DNA of 64,000 bases. Origin: Gemmatimonadaceae bacterium. GTDB taxonomy: Bacteria; Gemmatimonadota; Gemmatimonadetes; Gemmatimonadales; Gemmatimonadaceae. Made by a program: the position numbers and the translations under genes. Every line of letters begins with the position of its first letter. Position 1 is the stretch's first letter. Positions 9,184 to 16,502 of this stretch are shown one piece after another. Under the pieces are notes generated by a model. That model saw only the letters and a program-made list of their open reading frames with translations. It had not been told where the DNA came from and did no database searches. Location: the NCBI GenBank assembly GCA_045803545.1, contig JBJMOW010000004.1, positions 224,001 to 288,000 on the forward strand, read 5' to 3'.

Positions 9184-10944
9184 ATGGCTGCCTCCACAGT
9201 CCGACCGAAACGCGGCCCGGCCACTAAAGCCGCCGCTGATAAATCCCAGAAATCGCAGGCGACGAACGATGGTGCGTCGCCGCCAGTTGCCACCGAGCAA
9301 CCGATTCGTACCGCCACCGGCTTCAACGGAAATCGGCGGGTCCCGGCGCCAGTCAACGAGCCGATAAAGAGCTACGCGCCGGGCAGCGCCGAGCGGACCG
9401 CACTAAAGGAGCGGCTCCGCACCATGGCCGGCGAGAGGATCGAGATACCGCTCGTCATCGGCGGCAAAGAGGTCAGCACCGGAGATGTCGTCGATTCGGT
9501 GATGCCGCACAATCATCGACACGTGCTTGGCCAATGGCATCGCGCGCGCCCAGCCGATGTCGATGCCGCAATCAAGGCGGCGTCAGAAGCGGCGAAAGAT
9601 TGGGCCAACTGGTCATGGGAAGATCGCGCCGCAGTTTTTCTCAAGGCCGCCGAGCTGCTGGCGACGACGTGGCGCGCGACGCTCAACGCCGCGACGATGT
9701 TGGGTCAATCGAAGACTGCGTTCCAGGCGGAGATCGACGCGGCATGTGAGCTGATCGACTTCTGGCGCTTCAATCCGTTTTACGCGCAGCAGCTGTACGA
9801 CGAGCAGCCACTGAGCGACCACACGATGTGGAATCAGCTCGATTACCGACCGCTCGAAGGATTCGTCTATGCGGTGACGCCATTCAACTTCACCTCGATC
9901 GCTGGCAACCTGCCGACGGCCCCGGCGTTGATGGGCAACACCGTGATTTGGAAACCGGCGTCGAGCGCGATGATGAGCGCGCACTACATCATGAAGTTGC
10001 TGGAAGAGGCGGGGCTGCCGCCGGGCGTGATCAACTTCGTGGCCGGCGATCCGGCGATGATCTCCGACAAGCTGCTCGCGCATCGCGATTTGGCGGGCGT
10101 CCATTTCACCGGCAGCACGGCTGTGTTCAACAACATGTGGAAGACGATTGGCGCCAGTATGTCGCGCTACAGGTCCTATCCGAGAATCGTCGGTGAAACG
10201 GGCGGCAAGGATTTCATCGTCGCGCACCCGTCAGCGGATCCTGTTGCGCTCTCAGTCGCAATCGCGCGCGGCGGATTCGAGTACCAGGGACAGAAGTGCT
10301 CCGCGGTGAGCAGAGTGTACGTCCCGGAATCGATCTGGCCCGAAGTGCGTGATCGTACCGTCGCGATCATGAAGGAGCTCCGTATGGGCGACGTGACGGA
10401 TTTCCGGAACTTCATGGGTGCGGTTATCGACAAGAAGGCGTTTTCAAAGATTGGCGAGTATCTGGAGCACGGGAGATCGAACGCGAGCGTCGTGTCGGGC
10501 GGAGTCGCACGCGGTGAGCAGGGCTATTTCATCGAGCCGACTTTGATCGAGACCAAGGACCCGGCATTCCGGCTCCTTTGCGAAGAGATCTTTGGTCCGG
10601 TCGTGACAGCGCACGTCTATCCTGACAAGCGCTGGTCGGAGACGCTCAACATCGTCGATCAGACTTCCCCGTATGCACTGACAGGCTCGGTGTTCAGCAC
10701 CGATCGTCGCGCAATTCGCGAGGCGAACCTGGCACTGCGCAACGCCGCCGGAAATTTCTACATCAATGACAAGCCGACGGGTGCGGTAGTCGGCCAGCAG
10801 CCGTTCGGTGGCGCACGCGCTTCGGGCACAAACGACAAGGCCGGGTCCAAGCTCAATCTCGTGCGCTGGATCAGCGCGCGTACGGTCAAGGAGACCTTCT
10901 CGCCTCCGACCGATTATCGATATCCGTTCATGAGCGCGGAGTAA
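9184..10944 (+). CDS. pruA: L-glutamate gamma-semialdehyde (P5C) dehydrogenase
   Basis: NEPIKSYAPGS, PFNF, FTGST, GETGGKDF, YQGQKCSA, EEIFGP, QPFGGARASGTNDKAG; start reassigned to ATG 9184. Confidence 0.93.
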   Translation: MAASTVRPKRGPATKAAADKSQKSQATNDGASPPVATEQPIRTATGFNGNRRVPAPVNEPIKSYAPGSAERTALKERLRTMAGERIEIPLVIGGKEVSTGDVVDSVMPHNHRHVLGQWHRARPADVDAAIKAASEAAKDWANWSWEDRAAVFLKAAELLATTWRATLNAATMLGQSKTAFQAEIDAACELIDFWRFNPFYAQQLYDEQPLSDHTMWNQLDYRPLEGFVYAVTPFNFTSIAGNLPTAPALMGNTVIWKPASSAMMSAHYIMKLLEEAGLPPGVINFVAGDPAMISDKLLAHRDLAGVHFTGSTAVFNNMWKTIGASMSRYRSYPRIVGETGGKDFIVAHPSADPVALSVAIARGGFEYQGQKCSAVSRVYVPESIWPEVRDRTVAIMKELRMGDVTDFRNFMGAVIDKKAFSKIGEYLEHGRSNASVVSGGVARGEQGYFIEPTLIETKDPAFRLLCEEIFGPVVTAHVYPDKRWSETLNIVDQTSPYALTGSVFSTDRRAIREANLALRNAAGNFYINDKPTGAVVGQQPFGGARASGTNDKAGSKLNLVRWISARTVKETFSPPTDYRYPFMSAE

Positions 10945-10970
10945 TCTGTGCGACTGCGAACTGCGCTGAT

Positions 10971-11329
10971 TTTCCAGATCTCGGTGCGGTCAGTCGGCGA
11001 GGTGCGGGGCTGTCGGAGCTTCTCGCCCCGCTAACTCGGCGAAATCCGTATGCGTGGCGGTCACAGCTGACGCGGGGCTGCGCGACCTCCGCCAACCCCG
11101 CACCTCGCCTCCTTCCCTCGCTCGCGCGTAAACCCTGCGGCAGCCCGCGCGCCCAAGATTTTGCCACGGCGCAGGTACAGATCTCGATTGGAGAGGCAAG
11201 GGACGTTCCCTGAACTAATTCGCAGACCCGCCCGTTCCAGACCGCCACCCATATGGCTGTCCGACCGTAGCGGGTCGAGTTTTTTTCAGGGAATGTCCCT
11301 TGCCACGACCTACCGCTATGTCTAGGAAA
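10971..11329 (+). ncRNA. Putative structured RNA or non-autonomous element, copy 1
   Basis: Stems 10996-11009/11096-11109 (14 bp) and 11195-11214/11285-11304 (20 bp, one G-U); terminal closing stem; homologous to 16097-16486. Confidence 0.65.
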
Positions 11330-11341
11330 CGACGATTTCAC

Positions 11342-11356
11342 TGGCACAATGCTTGG
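11342..11356 (+). promoter_or_regulatory. Possible sigma-54 (-24/-12) promoter upstream of cphA
   Basis: TGGCAC-aatgc-TTGG, one mismatch to TGGCAC-N5-TTGC. Confidence 0.35.
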
Positions 11357-11421
11357 GCACGCGAGGACGGCAGTCTGGTCCGCGTGTTGCTCTCTAGGTA
11401 GTCCCGTTTTTTTGCGACGAG

Positions 11422-14076
11422 ATGAGTACCGCTACAGAGCCACTGATCGACGCGGAGCAGTTGGAGGTTTCGCGAATCCGCGCCCTGCGCGGGCCCAACT
11501 ACTGGCGCCTCGCACCGGTCATCGCCTGCGACGTTCAACTCGGCAGCCTGGAGCACGTCAGCTCCGCTGACATCTCCGGATTCTACGAGCGCCTCACGGA
11601 GGCGCTGCCTACGCTCGCCGAGCATCACTGCACGCGACAGGAGCCGGGCGGATTTCTGGAGAGGTTGCGTGAGGGTACGCACCTCCCGCACATCCTCGAG
11701 CACGTTGCGCTGGAGCTGCAGTCGCTCACCGGCAGCGACGTCACCTTCGGGCGAGTTGTTCCTTCCGGTGATCCCCACACATGGTGGGTGATCGTCGCCT
11801 ACGAAGAAGAAGAGGTCGGGCTGCAGAGTATGCGCGACGCGGTGAAAATCATTCGCGCCTGCATCGCCGACCAGCCGATCGACGTCAACTCCATCGTCGA
11901 GCAGCTTCTCTCTCTGTACGAATCGGTTCGGCTCGGCCCATCGACGGCTGCGGTAGTCGAGGAGGCGAAACGACGCGGGATCCCCGTACGCCGTCTCAAC
12001 AACTACTCGCTCGTCCAGCTGGGACTCGGCAAGAATCTCCGGCGCATTCAGGCGACGCTATCGGACTATACGAGTGCGATCGCAGTCGAGATTGCCCAGG
12101 ACAAGGATGATACCAAGCGCGTGCTGGGCAACATCGGATTGCCGGTGCCGAAGGGTGACGTCGCGCGCTCACTCGAGCGTGCGCTGGAAATCGTCGACGA
12201 GGTCGGCTACCCAGTCATCCTGAAGCCGCTCGACGCCAGTCACGGGCGCGGCATTTCCGGTCGCATCGACAACGACGGGGCGCTGACTGAGGCGTGGGAG
12301 GACGCTCGCGAATTCGGCAATCGCATCGTCGTCGAGCAGTACACCGAAGGGCGCGACCATCGCGTGCTGGTCGTTAACGGACGAGTTGTCGCGTGCGCAG
12401 AGAGAATTCCAGCGCGCGTCATCGGAGATGGAACGAGTGCGATCGCTCAATTGATCGAGCGCGAGAACCGTGATCCGCGTCGAGGCGTCGGACATACCAA
12501 GACACTGACCAAGCTGCCGTCCGACTCGCGCACGGTCGCCTTCCTCGCCAAGCAGCAGCTCACGCTGCAATCGGTGCCGGCAAAGGGACAGGAAGTGTGT
12601 TTGCGCGGCACTGCCAATCTCTCTACGGGTGGGACTTCAATCGATCGCACCGACGAGATGCATCCGGATAACATCACTGCGTGTGAGATGGCGGCGGGCA
12701 TCATCGGACTCGACATCGCCGGCATTGATGTTCTGACGCGGGATATCTCCGTTCCATTCCGCGAGAACGGCGCAGTCATCATCGAGGTCAATGCGGGACC
12801 GGGGATCAGGATGCATACGCATCCGACAGAGGGTACGGCGCGAAACGTCGCGGCGCCGATCGTAGACATGCTATATCCGCCCGGCACCAAGGCAACGATT
12901 CCGGTGATTGCGGTCACTGGCACCAACGGCAAGACGACGACCGTTCGTCTCATCGCTCACCTCTTCCGACTCGGCGAGAACGTCGTCGGCTTCACCACCA
13001 CCGACGGCACCTATCTGCAGAACAGGCTCGTGCTCGAGGGTGATATGACCGGCCCGTTCTCCGCCAACATCATTCTGTCGAATCCAACTGTGGACATCGC
13101 CGTGCTCGAGACGGCGCGCGGCGGCCTGCTGCGCGCAGGACTCGGCTTCGACGAAGTCGACGTCGGTGTCGTGCTCAACGTCAGTGCCGATCATCTCGGC
13201 CTCCGGGGCATCAACACCGTCGAGCAACTCGCCGATGTCAAAGCGGTGGTCGCGGCGGTTGTGAAGCGCGAAGGACATGCGGTGCTCAATGCGGACGATC
13301 CGCTCGTATATGCGATGCGCGACCGCACGCCGGGAGATCTTGTTCTTTTCTCCACCAGGCCGGAGGGGGAAAGCGAAGAATTCGAGGATCACCTCTCACG
13401 GAACGGTATCGGCGCCCGGATCGAGAACGACACCTTTGTCATCCGCCGCGGACGGCTTCGTATTCCTATCGCGCCGGTTCGCGAAGTCCCGCTGATGCTC
13501 GGCGGCGCCGCCAGGTTCCAGCAGCAGAACATTCTCGCCGCAATCGCGACGGCGTATGTGCAAGGCATGCGGTACGACGACATTCGAGCGGGCCTGTTGT
13601 CGTTTTTCCCATCGCCGTCGTTGACCCCGGGCCGCCTCAACCTGATGCGAGTGCAGAACGGTCGCGTGCTCGTCGACTACGCTCACAATACCGCAGCGAT
13701 TCGCGGGCTCATGGATTTTGTTCAGTCGATCGACGCGACCCGGCGAATCGCTCTCGTCACCGCTCCGGGTGACCGAAGGGATGAGGATCTACGAGAAGTC
13801 GGGCGCCTCGTAGCGCATCTGGATTACGTGATCGTCAAGGAAGACCAAGAGCGGCGCGGCCGAGCGAAAGGAGACATCGCAGATCTGATCGTGGACGGCC
13901 TGATGGATGGAGGGATGAGAGAGAATCAATACGAGGTCATCTACACTGAGCAGGAGGCAATCCACCACGCGCTCGGCCGCATGAAAGACAACGACCTCGT
14001 GGTCATTCTCGCTGATGACGTCAAAGCCAGCATTGAGTGCGTGCGCAAGTATGCCCCTGAAGGCGCACGTTCGTGA
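11422..14076 (+). CDS. cphA: Cyanophycin synthetase (CphA1 type)
   Basis: 884 aa; LRGPNYW, CX19HxxEH N domain, LGPST, ATP-grasp (KPLDASHGRG, ANLSTGG, EVNAGPG), Mur-like domain (VTGTNGKTT, ETARGG, DYAHN). Confidence 0.95.
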   Translation: MSTATEPLIDAEQLEVSRIRALRGPNYWRLAPVIACDVQLGSLEHVSSADISGFYERLTEALPTLAEHHCTRQEPGGFLERLREGTHLPHILEHVALELQSLTGSDVTFGRVVPSGDPHTWWVIVAYEEEEVGLQSMRDAVKIIRACIADQPIDVNSIVEQLLSLYESVRLGPSTAAVVEEAKRRGIPVRRLNNYSLVQLGLGKNLRRIQATLSDYTSAIAVEIAQDKDDTKRVLGNIGLPVPKGDVARSLERALEIVDEVGYPVILKPLDASHGRGISGRIDNDGALTEAWEDAREFGNRIVVEQYTEGRDHRVLVVNGRVVACAERIPARVIGDGTSAIAQLIERENRDPRRGVGHTKTLTKLPSDSRTVAFLAKQQLTLQSVPAKGQEVCLRGTANLSTGGTSIDRTDEMHPDNITACEMAAGIIGLDIAGIDVLTRDISVPFRENGAVIIEVNAGPGIRMHTHPTEGTARNVAAPIVDMLYPPGTKATIPVIAVTGTNGKTTTVRLIAHLFRLGENVVGFTTTDGTYLQNRLVLEGDMTGPFSANIILSNPTVDIAVLETARGGLLRAGLGFDEVDVGVVLNVSADHLGLRGINTVEQLADVKAVVAAVVKREGHAVLNADDPLVYAMRDRTPGDLVLFSTRPEGESEEFEDHLSRNGIGARIENDTFVIRRGRLRIPIAPVREVPLMLGGAARFQQQNILAAIATAYVQGMRYDDIRAGLLSFFPSPSLTPGRLNLMRVQNGRVLVDYAHNTAAIRGLMDFVQSIDATRRIALVTAPGDRRDEDLREVGRLVAHLDYVIVKEDQERRGRAKGDIADLIVDGLMDGGMRENQYEVIYTEQEAIHHALGRMKDNDLVVILADDVKASIECVRKYAPEGARS

Positions 14077-15185
14077 GCGGCGGTCGTTTCCCCGATCCAA
14101 AATCCGAGATCAGGATGACGACACTCCACGCCACGCGCGGAGCGAATTACTGGTCGCGGTTGTCGGTCATCCGCATGGATCTCAGCATCGGTGCATACGA
14201 GGAGATTTCTTCGGCTGACGTACCGGGTTTCACCCAATCGCTGGTGGCAACGATGCCCGGTTTGCGCGATCACCGGTGCAGCATCGGCGAGCCGGGTGGA
14301 TTCCTGATTCGACTCAAGCGCGGCACCTATTGCGCACACATCGTCGAGCACGTCGCGCTCGAGCTACAGGGGATGATCGGTTACGACGTGGGTTACGGCC
14401 GCACACGTGGTGGGGACAAAGTTGGCGATTACACGCTTATCTTCGAGCACGAGCACGAGGCAGTGGGAATGCGCGCTGCCGCGCTGGCACTGGAGATCGT
14501 GCAAGCGGCGTTCGCCGGCACGCTCAAATCAGTAGATCATGCCGTCGCCGAACTGGAAGCATTGTCGAAGACGCCCAAGACCCCGGCGCTCATTCAACAC
14601 GTGTTATGTGGCATTACGGGCGGCAGTTATCGGGATGAAACGAGAAGTGAGCTGGTGCGCCTCGGCTTCGGCAACGGGGAGCTGATCGTTGACGTCTCGC
14701 CCGCGTATGTCTTGCAGCAGGGACTCCCCTATTCGCGCGCTGACATCGGAATCATACTCGACTCTCATCTCACCGATGTTCCCGAGCGATACCAGGTGCA
14801 ACGACGCGCCGACCGATTGGTGTCGGTTCTTGCGGACGCGGTGCCTGAAGATGGCATCGTGATCGTTCCAGCAAAGAACTGGGAAGTGCAGGATCTCGTC
14901 CGGGATGCTGGCTGCCGCGTCGCAATTTTTGCAATCGATGGCGATGTCACGGCCCGTGACAAGAAAGTCGCACGTGCTTGCGCCACAGTCGAAGGGCGCC
15001 GGATCATGATCGAGCAGCTGGATACGGTGGTTGAGGGAGGCTGGCTCCACGACCGGGCGCCCGTCGCAGCTCAAGTCGCGGCGGCTCTTGCTGCGTTTAC
15101 GCTGAACGAGTTCGAGCCGGTCGCCGCTCAGCGGACAGACGGATCGCGACGCTCGTCGTTAGATGAGCGCGTGGGAGGTCCCTGA
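14073..15185 (+). CDS. Short CphA paralogue: N domain plus degenerate Mur-like domain, no ATP-grasp domain
   Basis: RGANYW, CSIGEPGGF..HIVEHVALELQ; GTG start overlaps the cphA stop. Confidence 0.85.
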   Translation: MSGGRFPDPKSEIRMTTLHATRGANYWSRLSVIRMDLSIGAYEEISSADVPGFTQSLVATMPGLRDHRCSIGEPGGFLIRLKRGTYCAHIVEHVALELQGMIGYDVGYGRTRGGDKVGDYTLIFEHEHEAVGMRAAALALEIVQAAFAGTLKSVDHAVAELEALSKTPKTPALIQHVLCGITGGSYRDETRSELVRLGFGNGELIVDVSPAYVLQQGLPYSRADIGIILDSHLTDVPERYQVQRRADRLVSVLADAVPEDGIVIVPAKNWEVQDLVRDAGCRVAIFAIDGDVTARDKKVARACATVEGRRIMIEQLDTVVEGGWLHDRAPVAAQVAAALAAFTLNEFEPVAAQRTDGSRRSSLDERVGGP

Positions 15186-16084
15186 TTACAGAAGCGACTA
15201 ACTCGAACGGACGCGCGCGTCGTCGGCTTCGCGACGCCAGAGGAAGTCTCATACTCATTGGCGGCGGCACTACCGCCACCGGCGCAGCACTCGGCGCCTT
15301 CATCGAGATGACCGGCGCCAGAGAAGGCGCTTCAATCGTCGGATTTACGACGGCATCGAGTCAAGTGAGCGTTGCTCGCGAAATGTGGCTGGCAGATCTG
15401 TCACAGGCTGGCGCCACCAACGCTTCGATTCCCATCGTCGGCGCGCGGGAGCACGCGTCGGATCCCCGGATCATCGACGAGGTTCGCAAGGCGAAGGGAG
15501 TTTTTCTTGGTGGGGGCGATCAGGTGAAGCTGGTGTCATGCCTGAGCGGAACTCCGCTCGAGGAGGCCATTCGTGATGCGTATCTCGATGGCGCCATCAT
15601 TTGCGGCAGCAGCGCCGGCGCCGCGGCGCTGACCAAGACGACACTCGCCGGCAACGAAGTCGATGAAGAGGGAAAGCTCGTCGAACAGTACATCGGCCCT
15701 GGGCTCGGCCTCCTCGGCTATCATACTCTGGTCGACACGCACTTCACTCAGCGTCGCCGGCTTTATCGTCTCTTTGTGGCGATTGCGGAATTTCCGGCAT
15801 TGATGGGACTTGGCATCGACGAAGACACCGCACTAATCGTGAAGCGCGAGATCGGCACTGTCGTCGGAAAGGGCGGAGTGACGTTCGTCGACGGCAGCAG
15901 TGTTCGCTTCAACAACGCCAGCGACGTGACGAAAGGGCCCGAACTGACCATCAGCGCTTTGCGCGTCGGCATCGTCGGAACGGGGCAGCAGTTCAACCTG
16001 CGCAAGCGCGAAGTCGTCGCGCTCCTCTCCCCGCCCGCCGCGCACGAAGTCCAATCGCGCGTCACCTCCGGCCGAGAGACTTAG
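15182..16084 (+). CDS. cphB: Cyanophycinase (peptidase S51); start probably non-canonical, upstream of ATG 15308
   Basis: GSLILIGGG, GGDQ, GSSAGA (Ser), DTHFTQRRRL (His), GIDEDTA (Glu). Confidence 0.88.
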   Translation: MITEATNSNGRARRRLRDARGSLILIGGGTTATGAALGAFIEMTGAREGASIVGFTTASSQVSVAREMWLADLSQAGATNASIPIVGAREHASDPRIIDEVRKAKGVFLGGGDQVKLVSCLSGTPLEEAIRDAYLDGAIICGSSAGAAALTKTTLAGNEVDEEGKLVEQYIGPGLGLLGYHTLVDTHFTQRRRLYRLFVAIAEFPALMGLGIDEDTALIVKREIGTVVGKGGVTFVDGSSVRFNNASDVTKGPELTISALRVGIVGTGQQFNLRKREVVALLSPPAAHEVQSRVTSGRET

Positions 16085-16096
16085 CTTCGGTTCCGT

Positions 16097-16486
16097 CTAG
16101 ATTTCCGCGCGGTCAGTCGGCGAGGTGCCGGGTCGCCGGAAATGCTCGCCGCGCCTGTCTAGCGCATCGTTGTTCCTGGCGTTCCAGGTGAGAGGGCGCG
16201 GCTGTGCGATGTTCCTTCGACCCGGCACCTCGCCTCCTTCCCACTCGCGTTAGTGCGACCAAGTGAGCGTCGCTCGCGCCGTGGTACTCAATGGGATCGT
16301 GCGCGCGGGCGCTAAGGAGGCGCGCCATGGCGGGGCACAGATCTCGACAGGGAGAGGCGAGGGGTGTTCTCTGAAAAACATCGCGCAGACCCGCCTCCGC
16401 TCAGAACGCCAACGACAATGATGTCGCAAGACAGCGGGTCGAGCAGTTTTTCAGAGAATGCCCCTCGCCTCGACCCGCGCGAAAAT
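16097..16486 (+). ncRNA. Putative structured RNA or non-autonomous element, copy 2
   Basis: Stems 16119-16135/16218-16234 (17 bp) and 16356-16379/16446-16469 (24 bp, two G-U); terminal closing stem; lies between convergent genes. Confidence 0.65.
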
Positions 16487-16502
16487 GCAAATGTCGTCGG
16501 TC

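Noticed and set aside
10971..11329. Riboswitch controlling cphA
   Set aside because: The homologous copy lies between convergent genes, and I recognise no known aptamer consensus.
10928..11347. Short ORFs across the structured elements (also 16113-16328)
   Set aside because: No reading frame is shared convincingly between the copies; conservation follows base pairing rather than codons.
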